From an uncultured Flavobacteriaceae bacterium (GTDB lineage: Bacteria > Bacteroidota > Bacteroidia > Flavobacteriales > Flavobacteriaceae), in the NCBI GenBank assembly GCA_963832345.1, contig CAWHTW010000005.1, positions 148,512-212,511 of the forward strand: a stretch of DNA of 64,000 bases, given 5' to 3'. Shown one piece after another: positions 1-11,300 of this stretch (within the stretch, counting starts at the first letter, position 1; each line of letters starts with the position of its first letter). The position numbers were made by a program, and so were the translations under genes. The notes under the pieces are model-generated. The model was not told the origin of the DNA. It did not search any database and worked only from the letters and a program-made list of their open reading frames with translations.

Positions 1-223
1 CGAAAAGCACCACTTTCTTATCGCCCGTGTTCGTTTTATGGGCGTGTTTGGCAAACCATTTATAGAATGGCTGTTTGGCAAAATCGGGCAAGGTCCGTCG
101 CCTGTCGAAATTCGCGGTACGTTCCAAAATGAATCGGAACAGACCGCTCTTTTGAACCGTGTTTACCGTGCCGGCCTTCCACCCGGAAATCCGCTTCGCT
201 GCGTTTGCCGAATCACGGATCAG
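1..223 (-). pseudogene. Open reading frame continuing the upstream FAD/Fe-S oxidase in a different frame (LIRDSANAAKRISGW...DFAKQPFYKWFAKHAHK...). It runs off the window start. It is probably the shifted C-terminal part of the same gene
   Basis: My translation of the minus strand downstream of the stop at 225-227 gives a stop-free, protein-like frame to position 1. Dld/GlcD-GlcF-type fusions are normally about 950-1000 aa, which makes the 654-aa call look truncated. Confidence 0.35.
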
Positions 224-224
224 C

Positions 225-2189
225 CTATCCCTTAAAGCTACTACCATGTTCGTCGTAATACATTTGCAGGGTGTCACTTTTCATCTTAGCCATATCGACA
301 TTACTGGGGCATTCCGATTTACAGGCCTTACAGGAAAGGCAGAGCTCCATGACCTTGTGGAGGCGCTGGCTCGATAGGCCTTCTTCCCCGAATTGGCCCG
401 ACATGGCCATTCGAAGGGCATTTGCCCTGCCTCGCGTGGAATGTTCCTCGTCCCTTGTGGCCTTAAAACTGGGGCACATGGTTCCCCCAAGAATTTTTCG
501 GCATTCCCCTACGCCCGTACACATATGTACCGAAGCTTCAAAACCTTGTTCGGATTTATACTGATATTCGGTTTTTACGGACTGATCTTTATAGCCGGTA
601 CCATAGCGCAAATTATGTTCGATAGTCTGTGCTTCCACAATTTTGCCCGGGTTCATCAGGTTATCGGGGTCGAAAAGTTTTTTGATTTCTAAAAAGGCAC
701 CGTACAGGTTATCCCCGAAAAAGCGCTTGTTATAGGCACTCCGTACCAGACCGTCGCCGTGTTCCCCGCTCCATGATCCTTTGTATTTTAGTACCAATTC
801 AAAGGTGTCTTCGGTAATGGCCTTTAAGCGGTCAATGTCCTCGGCCAACCGGAGGTCCAATATGGGCCGGACATGGATTACGCCCACACTGGCATGGGCA
901 TACATCGCCGCCTTAGTACCGTGCTTTTCGCATATCTTCAATACTTGATCGATATATTCGGGCAAATGCTCGGAAGGGATGCCCGCATCTTCAATAAACG
1001 CCAGAGGCTTTTTGTTTCCTTTGATACCCAACATCAATCCTAATCCCTTATGGCGGATGACCCATACATCATCATAGGCCTGTCCTTCGAGAAAAATAGG
1101 ATAGGCGTAACCGGACCTGTTTGCCTTTAATTGCGCAATCATTCGCTTTGGCCTATCCATGACATCATTCAAAGTATCCCCATAAAATTCCACGATCAAT
1201 ATGGCGGCGGGGTTGCCCACTATAAAATGGGAATGGTGCTTTGTAGTTAAATTTTCCCTGCTGAGGTCAACCACGGTCTTGTCCAATATTTCTATGGCCG
1301 AAGGTTTATAAGGCAACATGGATGCAACGGCGGAAATCGCTTCCAATACATCTGAAAAATGTACGACACAAACGGATTTGTGCTTGGGCAGGTCTACCAG
1401 ATTGAGTTTAAGTTCAAGGGTCGTCGCCAAGGTACCTTCGCTGCCACAGACGAGTTTGGCGAGGTTCCATCGCTCGGTGTATACGAATTCGTCAAGATTG
1501 TAGCCACCGACCCTCCGCATCACTTTGGGAAAGCGATTTTTGATTTCATCGGAATGTTGGTCTATCAATCTTTTAAAGGAGGTGTACAAAGCCCCCTCCC
1601 TATTTTTTTGGGCGGACTTTGCTTGGTACGCTTCGGGGGAACAGTTTTTAAGCACTAGTTCAGTACCATCGGCCAGTAGCACTGAAGCTTCTAGAACATG
1701 ATCTACGGTCTTGCCATATAGGATGCTTTTGGTCCCCGAGGAATTGTTGCCGACCATTCCCCCTACATTTGCCCTGCTACCTGTGGCGGGATCGGGAGCG
1801 AAATGGAGTCCGTAGGCTTGCAGTTCCGCATTGAGGTCGTTCCTGACCATCCCCGGTTGGACACGCACCCATTTTTCGGATTCGTTTAATTCCAATAACT
1901 TGTTCATGTGTTTGGAAAAATCCAAAATCATGGATTTCCCTACGGTTTGTCCGGCCAGACTGGTGCCTGCACCTCTGGGAAGAATGCTTATTTTGTTTTT
2001 ATTTGCAACGGAAACGGCTTTTTTAACATCTTCGGCATCCTTGGGCAACACTATGGCGATGGGCGAAATCTGGTAGATACTGGCATCGGTGGCGTACATG
2101 CCCAAGGAGTAATCGTCAGTCAGCACCTCGCCCGTGATCGCATTCCGTAAGTCATCGAATAGATCTTTCATTTGCTTGGTTTCATCCAA
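225..2189 (-). CDS. FAD-binding oxidase (D-lactate dehydrogenase / GlcD-like) fused to a 4Fe-4S ferredoxin-type domain. Apparently truncated or frameshifted at the C-terminus
   Basis: N-terminal FAD_binding_4-like region (ISILPRGAGTSLAGQ). The C-terminal region has two CxxCxxCxxxCP-type clusters (CTGVGECRKILGGTMCP and CLSCKACKSECP). It is adjacent to the lactate permease. Confidence 0.8.
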   Translation of the reverse strand: MDETKQMKDLFDDLRNAITGEVLTDDYSLGMYATDASIYQISPIAIVLPKDAEDVKKAVSVANKNKISILPRGAGTSLAGQTVGKSMILDFSKHMNKLLELNESEKWVRVQPGMVRNDLNAELQAYGLHFAPDPATGSRANVGGMVGNNSSGTKSILYGKTVDHVLEASVLLADGTELVLKNCSPEAYQAKSAQKNREGALYTSFKRLIDQHSDEIKNRFPKVMRRVGGYNLDEFVYTERWNLAKLVCGSEGTLATTLELKLNLVDLPKHKSVCVVHFSDVLEAISAVASMLPYKPSAIEILDKTVVDLSRENLTTKHHSHFIVGNPAAILIVEFYGDTLNDVMDRPKRMIAQLKANRSGYAYPIFLEGQAYDDVWVIRHKGLGLMLGIKGNKKPLAFIEDAGIPSEHLPEYIDQVLKICEKHGTKAAMYAHASVGVIHVRPILDLRLAEDIDRLKAITEDTFELVLKYKGSWSGEHGDGLVRSAYNKRFFGDNLYGAFLEIKKLFDPDNLMNPGKIVEAQTIEHNLRYGTGYKDQSVKTEYQYKSEQGFEASVHMCTGVGECRKILGGTMCPSFKATRDEEHSTRGRANALRMAMSGQFGEEGLSSQRLHKVMELCLSCKACKSECPSNVDMAKMKSDTLQMYYDEHGSSFKG

Positions 2190-3849
2190 ATATAAAAATA
2201 AGCCCTAAAAGTCCGACTACCAACAAATAATAGAGGGTCGGTAATATCGTTTTTCTGAGCACCATACCTTCCCTTCCGAGAAAGCCTACGGTCGCCGAAG
2301 CGGCTACCACATTATGGATCGCTACCATATTCCCTGCCGCTGCGCCCACGGCCTGGAGCGACACCACGATAAAGGATGGCATCGCCAGTTTTGCGGCCAC
2401 CCCATATTGGAACAAGGTAAACATCAAGTTGCTCACGGTGTTGCTGCCCGCGATAAAGGCACCCAACGCCCCTATGGACGGAGCGAACATGGGATAGATG
2501 TCACCCACATTACCAGCCACCCATTCCGCCATGGCAATGGGCATTCCGGGAAGTTCCGAAGGGTTTATCCCGGAATTGATGTAGATACGTACCATAGGAA
2601 TGGTGAAAACGAGCACGAACCCTGCGCCCAACAGCATTTTTGCACTGTCCCCAAAAGCGATCTTGACCTTATCGGATTTCATTTTATGTAGCCCTATAGC
2701 AATAATTCCTGCCAAGAGCAAAATGGTGCCGGGCAGATAAAGTGGACTACTGGATGCGGATATCGACGTACCCAATATCTCCGTCCATGTAATGTTAATG
2801 TCGGTCAGCCATGTTTTTAATGGCAGCTGTGGAAGTCGAGACAACACCAATAGCACGGCCATCATAAGATAGGGCATCCATGCTTTGGCCAAAGACATTT
2901 TTTCCCGTCCGTCACCGTCGCCCAATTTTACGTTCAATGTACCGAACCATCTGGAAGGCCAATTCTTTTCATCGTCGAAGTCCCATGTTTCCTTCGGAAC
3001 CAAAAAACCGCGTTTTGCTGCGAACACCACAATGGGTATGGCTACGAGTGCCCCGAGCATCGAGGGAAACTCCGGCCCCAAAAATAGTCCCGTAAGCACG
3101 TAGGGTACCGTAAATGCGAGGCCCCCAAAAATGGTAAAGGGTAGTATCCGTAGACCTTCCCTCCAAGATTTGTTCTTCCCAAAAAAACGGGTCATCATAC
3201 AGACCATCAAGGTGGGCATAAGGGTTCCGGTAATACCGTGCAGAATGACTACTTCGGAAGTCACCAACTGTATGTAATCGGAAAGTGCGAGTCCCGATGT
3301 GGTTAGCTCAGCCGTAAATTCCGGACTTTGGATGCCCCCGCTCACCCCGACCAGTATGGGCGTGCCCACAGCTCCAAAAGACACCGCGGTACTCTGCACC
3401 ATCATGCCCAACATTACCGCACAAAAGGCCGGAAACCGCATCCCTACCAAGAGGGGCGCTACGATAGCCGCGGGCGTTCCAAAACCTGCAGCCCCTTCGA
3501 TAAAGGAACCGAACAGCCAAACAATGATAACCACCTGTACCCTACGGTCCTCGGATATATCTGCAAAACCCTCACGTATCGCCCTGAGTGCCGTTGAATA
3601 TTTAAGCAGGTTCAGCAGAACAATGGCACCAAATATTATATATAGGATGTCGAAAGTAATGAACAACCCTTGAATACTGGAGGCCACGATATCGACGACG
3701 GCAATATCCCAAACTGTAAAGGCGACAACGACCGTAACTAAAAAGGAAATGGGCATAGCGATTTTCGCGGGAGTTCGAAACCCTACCAAAAGAATTGCGG
3801 CAGTAAGGATTGGAACGACGGCCAGAAATGCCAATAACGATGGTGCCAT
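2182..3849 (-). CDS. lctP: L-lactate permease (LctP family)
   Basis: 555-aa polytopic membrane protein with a typical LctP N-terminus and conserved blocks (GFGTPAAIVAPLLVGMRFP, GNMVAIHNVVAASATVG). It overlaps the oxidase gene by 8 bp, as in an operon. Confidence 0.9.
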   Translation of the reverse strand: MAPSLLAFLAVVPILTAAILLVGFRTPAKIAMPISFLVTVVVAFTVWDIAVVDIVASSIQGLFITFDILYIIFGAIVLLNLLKYSTALRAIREGFADISEDRRVQVVIIVWLFGSFIEGAAGFGTPAAIVAPLLVGMRFPAFCAVMLGMMVQSTAVSFGAVGTPILVGVSGGIQSPEFTAELTTSGLALSDYIQLVTSEVVILHGITGTLMPTLMVCMMTRFFGKNKSWREGLRILPFTIFGGLAFTVPYVLTGLFLGPEFPSMLGALVAIPIVVFAAKRGFLVPKETWDFDDEKNWPSRWFGTLNVKLGDGDGREKMSLAKAWMPYLMMAVLLVLSRLPQLPLKTWLTDINITWTEILGTSISASSSPLYLPGTILLLAGIIAIGLHKMKSDKVKIAFGDSAKMLLGAGFVLVFTIPMVRIYINSGINPSELPGMPIAMAEWVAGNVGDIYPMFAPSIGALGAFIAGSNTVSNLMFTLFQYGVAAKLAMPSFIVVSLQAVGAAAGNMVAIHNVVAASATVGFLGREGMVLRKTILPTLYYLLVVGLLGLIFIFG

Positions 3850-3891
3850 ACTTCAATTGCGTCAAGTTGTTATTTCGCTCCAGGTTTAGCT

Positions 3892-5268
3892 TCAGGTGCG
3901 GTAAACATTTTTATCCAAAAAAGAGTTTCTGAATTTTCCATCTGGATCGTATTGCTTCGCCAACTGAATAAAGTCGTCCATTTTCTCGTATCGGGAATGT
4001 AAAATTTCCGGCTTTAAGGTAAACATTTTGCCCCAATGCGGAAGCACTCCGAACGGCGAAAGTACTTCCTCTATTTGCGGAAGTATGTTTTGCACCTCTT
4101 CCCAATGTTGTTTCCATGTAAAGTGAAAAGCGATGCAATCCCTTTTGTAACAGGGACTCATCCAATATTCATCGGCCGAGATGGAACGCACCTCGGAAAT
4201 CATCAATTGTGGAAATATAGTATCCTTTAGACCTACCAATGCCATATAAGCATCTACCGCATCTTCCCTGCCCACAAAATATTCCGATTGTAGTTCTTCG
4301 CCGCTACTTGGGGTAAAGCCCATCTTAAAATGCGGCAGACGTTCATGCCATGGGCCCGCAACCCCCATTTGTTCCGTGCAGTTTTGGGCGGGCATTACGG
4401 TAATGGGATGTAGGTTTTTAGTCGCTGGGGATGCACCATAAAAAGCACCGAAATCCTTCAATTCTCTGTCCATTCTGCTTTTAATCCATACTTGGCTAAC
4501 GACATCGTTCTGATAATCGGTAAACAGGCTTACGCTGTACCCGCTGGACATGATTTCATCAAAATTTTTTTGTAGCGCACTTACCGGAAGGTTCTGGAAT
4601 AGGTCTTGCCGAACGTCGAATGTGTTTTCGATTTCAAGAGTCATCTGGGTTATGATTCCCAACGCCCCAAGACCGACGACCGCTCCGTAAAAATTCGGCT
4701 GATCTCTGTCCAATTTTACAATTTCGCCATTGGCGGTTACCAGTTCGATAGCCGTTACCGCACTGGGCAGGTTACCATTGGTCATTCCGGATCCATGGGT
4801 GGCCGTAGCACATGCACCCGCAATGGAAATATGGGGCAGAGAGGCCAAATTGTGAAGTGCATAGCCATTTTCTTGCAATGTCGGAGCCAGCTCGCCATAC
4901 CGTATTCCCGCTTCTACCGTCACGGTTTGGGCCTCTTCATCGATACCGATGACCTTGTCGAGGTTTTTGGTCGAGATTTGCTCCATGGGGCTGTCCGCAA
5001 TGTTATTGAAGCAATGTTTGGAGCCAAGGGCTTTGTGTTTTCCCGATTCTTTGACCAAAGCCTGAAGTTCTCCAATAGTTTTAGGTTCACGTAAATTTTC
5101 GGCCTTATACGTATAATTTCCCGCCCAATTTTTTCGGGCCTCGGCAAGAATCCCATCATCTGCCGTACCGGTTTCTGCCTTTGAGGAAGTTTTCGGTTTG
5201 CAATTTAGAAGACTTACTACACCTATGGCGATGGCGGGCGACATGGCAATAAAATTTCTTCGTTTCAT
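3892..5268 (-). CDS. Secreted FAD-linked oxidoreductase of the D-arabinono-1,4-lactone oxidase / gulonolactone oxidase family
   Basis: N-terminal Tat/Sec-like signal (MKRRNFIAMSPAIAIGVVS). PCMH-type FAD-binding domain followed by an ALO-type C-terminal domain. 458 aa. Confidence 0.7.
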   Translation of the reverse strand: MKRRNFIAMSPAIAIGVVSLLNCKPKTSSKAETGTADDGILAEARKNWAGNYTYKAENLREPKTIGELQALVKESGKHKALGSKHCFNNIADSPMEQISTKNLDKVIGIDEEAQTVTVEAGIRYGELAPTLQENGYALHNLASLPHISIAGACATATHGSGMTNGNLPSAVTAIELVTANGEIVKLDRDQPNFYGAVVGLGALGIITQMTLEIENTFDVRQDLFQNLPVSALQKNFDEIMSSGYSVSLFTDYQNDVVSQVWIKSRMDRELKDFGAFYGASPATKNLHPITVMPAQNCTEQMGVAGPWHERLPHFKMGFTPSSGEELQSEYFVGREDAVDAYMALVGLKDTIFPQLMISEVRSISADEYWMSPCYKRDCIAFHFTWKQHWEEVQNILPQIEEVLSPFGVLPHWGKMFTLKPEILHSRYEKMDDFIQLAKQYDPDGKFRNSFLDKNVYRT

Positions 5269-6040
5269 ATTTTTGGATTTACCGGAGGATTAATACATTT
5301 TCAAAACATACCCTAAAATACGGACTATTGTTTTCTAGTTGATGGAATATCACTAAAAATCCCATAAAATTAGTGTATTGAGAACCAATTTCTTAGAAGT
5401 CGATTCTTTATGCTCCGCAGCAAATTCCGGGTCTATAGCTACACCGAGACCAGGGCCTCTTGGCCCTTTATACCGTCCCTGATTCGCAGATCCGATGTAG
5501 TGCATTTCAAGTGAATTTCATCGTCGAACCCTTTGAACTCATGATACAGAGCGTCATTGGGCAAGATTGATACGAAGTGCATCCTATACAAATACCCCAG
5601 ACCTGATCCGGAAAAATGAGGAAACATGAAACCTTATTACTGAAAATGGCTTTATTTTCAAGCTGTCAAATTGAATTGTCTTCTCATAGTCCTTTAATTC
5701 CATCCCTTAATTCATTCATTCTTTTAATCAGAGGATTATTAAGCCAAGAAACCGATGATATACCTTCAAAATTTTTCTTAACTTCGCGCTTCGTTTCGCG
5801 AAAGCGGTCATACGAAGTTTACAAAACTGTTAATATCACAGTTTTTAAGGTAGTATCTTAATCGAAAAATAAGGGGGAAGGTTCCGTCCTTTATTTTTCG
5901 TCTCGCTATCATGTAAAGGGCAATATTTATTTTTTTTGAAATAAAATGCGAATAATTTGGACTTAAAACCTGAATTAATAGGGAGTCTTACATGAATTGA
6001 TGTGAAATTATAGTTGATCGATAATCGATAAGATAACTCA

Positions 6041-6117
<77 letters not shown>

Positions 6118-6127
6118 AGTAAACACA

Positions 6128-6156
6128 GGGCCTCCAAGCGATTGGAGGCCTTTTTG
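6128..6156 (+). terminator. Rho-independent terminator just after the tRNA
   Basis: Perfect hairpin GGCCTCCAA-gcga-TTGGAGGCC followed by TTTTT. Confidence 0.65.
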
Positions 6157-6394
6157 ATTTCCATCCGTACAACATACGTACAACATTTGAGGTTTTTAAT
6201 TTTAATACAGGAAACGGTTTTACCCTTTCAGATAATGGTAGTAAGAAGAGGGAAGGCTACACTTTGGCCCGGCGCAGGTTGGTTAACTTTCATCCGGCGC
6301 GCTATGCTCACTTTAGTCCGGCGGGGGTGGTATACTATGGCCGTTGTTTGCAGGGATACGTCGGTAATTGATAATTTTGGTAGAAATCCCAGAC

Positions 6395-7579
6395 TTAAGC
6401 CTTTTTTAAAATAAGATTTTTAAATTTTTTGTAGTAGTAAGTTCTATTGAAGTAACCATTTTCAATAATGAACAGGAATCCGAGATAACTAAAATTTAAA
6501 TTTACCTTAAAGAGAAGAAATACTAAAACCCCCAAAATTGTTACTGCCAAAAAATAACTGACTCCGATTATTATTACATTCAAAATTGGGAATTTTAGCA
6601 ATACCGTCGTTAATTGATCTTTTGGGGTTTTTATGACAAATGAAACTGCTAAAAAAGTTACCCACAAAAACAAAATAAGTAAAAATGAAATTTGATTATA
6701 TCCCTGTTTTAAGGATAGGTATGTGTTAAGTAGAATCAGTGGACCCTGTACATCGCCATAGATACCTTGATGGGTATCCGAATAAAAATCCCCGATGACA
6801 ATCAACCTATCTTTATAGTACCCCGGTAGGTTTTCTTTAGATACTGAAAGTAATTCACCTATATCCATGACAGGGTACTCCTTGGTTTCAAACAAATGAT
6901 AGTTTCTTATGCCCAAATAAGGTATAAAATCATTTGGCATAATTTTATTATCTAAAATATTCCACAACCAGAAACTTTTTGATTTACCACTGTGAATTTC
7001 CCCATACATTTTTAGCGGCAAAGATTTAGTATCTGTTTCTGTATTAAAGAGTCTATATTTATAAAATATACCACCAGCTTTATCAATAGATCCTAATCCA
7101 AAATTCAAATCTTTAAAAATCTTTGGAATTAAATCAAATGAATCCCTTTGGGGTAGTATATATCTTGGTTTTTCAATGAGAATTTCTTTTAGTTCTGCGT
7201 CATCCGGGGATGCATGGTCAAAAAAAATGTCACATAAAATGTACTTATAGCCGATACTGTCCTCAATTCTCTCAAAAAGGGTCTTTAATTTATTTCGGTC
7301 AGTAATTGGGACATTTCCATAGGGAAATCCACTTTCATCAAGATTATCAACAAGTATATTTTCAAAACTTGTATTGATTAATAATAAATCATTAAAACTA
7401 GGGACCTCGTTTCTTCCTATAACCTTCTCCTTAATAAAGTGGCTGAAAAGAAGAACATTGGCGTCAATGGCTGGAAAAAGATAAATGGTCTGTGAGATAA
7501 ACAAAAAAATTAAACTTAATGTAGCATTGATTGTACAAAACCGTATCATCTTTCTATTTCGTTCAAGAAATCTTTTCAT
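6395..7579 (-). CDS. CHASE2-like extracytoplasmic sensor domain membrane protein. No output domain
   Basis: One N-terminal TM segment, a ~300-aa extracytoplasmic domain, then three C-terminal TM helices. This is the CHASE2 topology. It overlaps the upstream gene by 4 bp. The region is very AT-rich. Confidence 0.55.
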   Translation of the reverse strand: MKRFLERNRKMIRFCTINATLSLIFLFISQTIYLFPAIDANVLLFSHFIKEKVIGRNEVPSFNDLLLINTSFENILVDNLDESGFPYGNVPITDRNKLKTLFERIEDSIGYKYILCDIFFDHASPDDAELKEILIEKPRYILPQRDSFDLIPKIFKDLNFGLGSIDKAGGIFYKYRLFNTETDTKSLPLKMYGEIHSGKSKSFWLWNILDNKIMPNDFIPYLGIRNYHLFETKEYPVMDIGELLSVSKENLPGYYKDRLIVIGDFYSDTHQGIYGDVQGPLILLNTYLSLKQGYNQISFLLILFLWVTFLAVSFVIKTPKDQLTTVLLKFPILNVIIIGVSYFLAVTILGVLVFLLFKVNLNFSYLGFLFIIENGYFNRTYYYKKFKNLILKKA

Positions 7580-8337
7580 AATAGGTCAAGGACATCAATT
7601 CCATAAATAGTAACTAAATAATCGGAAATGAGATTTGAAGTTTCTTCCTCTGAAATCCCTTTTTTAACTAAATAATTCCTGTAAACTTTAATTTCTTCCT
7701 TTATTTCTGAAATTTGCTTAGGAATGAAAACCATCATTTTGATATTTCTTGATTTGTTGTCGATACCATCGTAATAATAAATCTGACATCCTTCAATGGT
7801 CTTAGCAGATCTATTTGATATATCAATTACGGAATTATCTATTTCTAAAAAACCTTTAGCATCGATTGGCAATCTTCGCTCCATAACATCCCCTTTATTT
7901 GATGTTAGTTTTAGGAAATAGTGGCTCGCTTTAGAGTTTAGTCTTTTAGATATTTTAATTTTTTTAGAATTTAACAATTTACTATTCTCAAAAAAAAGAT
8001 AGGTATAATTGGCGATTTCACCCCTTGTACCTGTATAATCCTTAATTGGGAGTAGATTTTCCTTTAAGAAATAAAAAAACTCCCCGTTCGGTATGCGTTC
8101 TTGCCTCAAAGGGGACAAAACCAATCTTCCTCTAAAGTTGCTCAATAATATTGAGATATCATCCTCAGAAGAAAATCTAAAATTTGGATTACCTTTAAAT
8201 TCATCACCAATTTTTAAATAGGCTTTGGCAGTATCTATTTTTATATTTCCTCTGACATGAAGTACATGGAATATTTCCTGAGAAAATCCATTAAGGTACA
8301 GTATAGATGTACTGAGAAGAAGAATGACATTTTTCAT
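7576..8337 (-). CDS. Secreted protein, possibly FecR-like. First gene of the operon with the CHASE2 gene
   Basis: Signal peptide MKNVILLLSTSILYLNGFSQ. The segment HVRGNIKIDTAKAYLKIGDEF...DISILLSNFRGRLVL has a FecR-domain-like periodicity. It is translationally coupled to the CHASE2 gene. Confidence 0.4.
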   Translation of the reverse strand: MKNVILLLSTSILYLNGFSQEIFHVLHVRGNIKIDTAKAYLKIGDEFKGNPNFRFSSEDDISILLSNFRGRLVLSPLRQERIPNGEFFYFLKENLLPIKDYTGTRGEIANYTYLFFENSKLLNSKKIKISKRLNSKASHYFLKLTSNKGDVMERRLPIDAKGFLEIDNSVIDISNRSAKTIEGCQIYYYDGIDNKSRNIKMMVFIPKQISEIKEEIKVYRNYLVKKGISEEETSNLISDYLVTIYGIDVLDLL

Positions 8338-8348
8338 GATTAACGTCC

Positions 8349-11300
8349 TTGATTGTAAAAATATTAAAATTTAAAGATATGTTAAAAAAACAAAGATTCT
8401 ATAAAGACTCCGGACAATTGAAAACATGGTTAATAGCTATTTGCATCATAACAGCTTTATATAGTATTTCGAATCATAAACTATATGCGCAGGAAAGAAT
8501 TTTAATCGAAGCCCAAAAGGGCATAGATATCGCGAAGACCTCCTTTGAAAATGGACAACACAATAAAGCCATTTTGTTAGTTCAAGGTGTCAAGAAAAAT
8601 TTGATACAAGAAGGTAATTTAAATCAATTCAATCATTTCGAGACCTACTATCAAGCTACAAATCTTGAAATGTCAATAAATCAAAAAATTAATCAACCTC
8701 TAAAAAATTATAACCTTTTCAAATCTCAAAGCGTTGAATTGAATAAAATGATGCGCTCTGACCATATCAGATGGTATTTCTTTGATTCTAGGCTAAACGA
8801 ACTTTTGTTCTTGTTTAAGTCACGTAATACAACTATCACCATCATAACTGATTTGGAAATACAACTTAAAAAATTGAAGTTTTTTTTGGATTCCCTTTCT
8901 TTTGAGAACAATAGCATTAAGACCAATATACACGATTTGATTGTTACGTATGAAAGAATTTATGCCATTACCGAAGATATTTTGAACAAAAAGGTCGTAA
9001 AGTCAAGAGATTATGAAAGCCTATTGGAAGATAAAAAAATGATAGAAGAGAATCTTGTCATTAAAGTCTTTAATAAAAAGGAAATAGACCTTTTGGGATT
9101 GGGGTATGATTTTACCGGTTACAAGAGGTGGTCAAATTATACAGGAATTTTCCAAGATGTTAGTCTTGCGAAGAATGAAATTGAACGTGTGAAAACAATC
9201 ATTAGTCATGGATTTTACAATCGGGCAATTGAAAAATCCAATTTATTGTTGAAAGAATTCAATAGCTATTATCATGAGAACAACTTACCTCAAACCTCAT
9301 TGCTTTTCAAGGAGGCTATATACCAGAATCTTTCAAAAGCCCACCTAAAATTAAAGAATTTTGAGGATTCCAAATACTTTTTAGATAGCGCAAAAAATAT
9401 TTACAACAATATAGATTACAGCTACAAAGAAGGTTCTAGAAGGTTTAAGTATGAAAATCTTTACATAGATTATTACTTATTTGAAAAGGAATACAATGAG
9501 GCCATCAAATATGCCTTGTTAAAGTTAAATTTTAGTCCGTATTACAAGGGGGAAGCTGGTCAAATAGCAACCCTTCATTATGCTGCAGGAAATTATGATG
9601 AGGCTATTCAGTACCACAAAAAAATTTCGGAATGGAATAAGAATGAGCTTAAAAAATATGGGGGTTTTTCTGAGAATAAGACTTTGGACTGGTTTATTGG
9701 CAATGCCTTCTTAGCCAAAGGCGAAATAAAAGATGCAGAGGCTTATTTAAATCCTATTTTTATCGAGTTGACCAATAAAGATAAACTAGATTCTGAAGAA
9801 GAGGATTTACTTCGGGTTTGTTTGATTGATTTAGCTATAATTAATTCAATAAACCGAAATTGGGAAACCGCTGACATTTTGATGTCCACGTATTTAAGAA
9901 ATTATTCCACACCCATATTTCAACATTTGCTTTCGGCGACAGAGAACGATAGAGATGACATTCTGCTCGAAGATTATTACAATCCAGATGTAATATTCAA
10001 TTATCTCTCAAATAGAAATTCTAATACTGGGGAAGTCGTTGGTGGGGGCTACAATGTCGCGCTACTATCAAAAATGCTATTGTTCGAAGTCTCCCGAAAA
10101 ATTCCTCAGATAGTTTCCAGAAGCAAGAACAAAGTTATGAGGGAATTGAATTCTAGATTACTTGAGATAAAACATGCTCTAAAATCTGTTGATGTGAAGG
10201 AAAAGGATTCGTTAATGGACTACGCTAGATATTATGAATGGGAGATCATAAATACATGGAAAGACCCAATTTTAAGTGGGTTGAGCGGGTCACTGGTAAA
10301 TTGGAAAAATATTCAGGATAAATTGAATTATGGCGAGGCTGCTATCGAATTTATCACCTTTAGGCCATATGGATTTGAGAATAATAATAAAGAGGTAATA
10401 TATGGAGCTTTCATAATTGGAAAGGGCTATGAATGGCCAAAGTTTATTACTTTATTTTCAGAAAACGAATTGAATCTCTTATTAAAACCTTTCAAGGACA
10501 CCAAGCAATCAGATAAAGAAAAAATTCAAGAGATTTATGAAGCTAAGGGCGAAAAAATTTATGAGCTGATATGGGAACCTTTAGAGAAGTACCTAATAAA
10601 CATTCCGAAAATATATTATTCTCCTGCAGGTATTTTGAATAGCATTGCCTTTTCAGCTTTAAAAAATAAAGAGGGAAAAGCAATTTCAGATAGACATTCC
10701 CTCGTTCGATTAGTGAGTACAAAAAACATCTCTGATTCTGAAAATTTTGCCAAACTTTCTGGAGTCGTTTTATTTGGTGATATAGCTTACAACGCCGCAA
10801 ATAGATCCGGCTTTAAAGAGGTTTCTGAAGAAACTTCGAGAGGCTCTTCATTTAATAGTTTGCCGGGGACAAAGAAAGAAATTGATGAATTGAACAAGAT
10901 TCTCAAATCAAACAATATTGAAAGCCACCAATATGATCAAATGTTCGCCAGCGAGGAAAATTTATTTAAAATATCCAATGATAATTCAATAGATGCCATA
11001 CACATCGCAACTCATGCATTCTATATACCACCTTTGGAAGAAGACGAACTTCTTTTCACACCAATGATTGGTTGGTCAATTTTTAAGGAAGAAGATGACC
11101 CCATGAATCGTTCCGGACTTGCGTTGTCGGGAGCAAATCAATTTTGGTTAAGTGGAAATCCAATAAATCAAAATGGATATGATGGCATATTGACAGCAAA
11201 TGAAATCTCAAATTTGAACTTAAAGGGTATTAAATTGGTCGTACTTTCAGCTTGTGAGACTGCATTGGGAGATTCCAGGGATAACGAAGGGGTTTTTGGT

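Noticed and set aside
38-692. Plus-strand small ORFs at the left edge (38-235, 159-377, 271-564, 393-692)
   Set aside because: They overlap the minus-strand FAD oxidase and its shifted continuation. No motifs
5270-6040. Long AT-rich spacer before the tRNA. I looked for a hidden small gene or a second tRNA
   Set aside because: Only short ORFs with no features. No additional cloverleaf detectable by eye. It probably holds promoter or regulatory DNA
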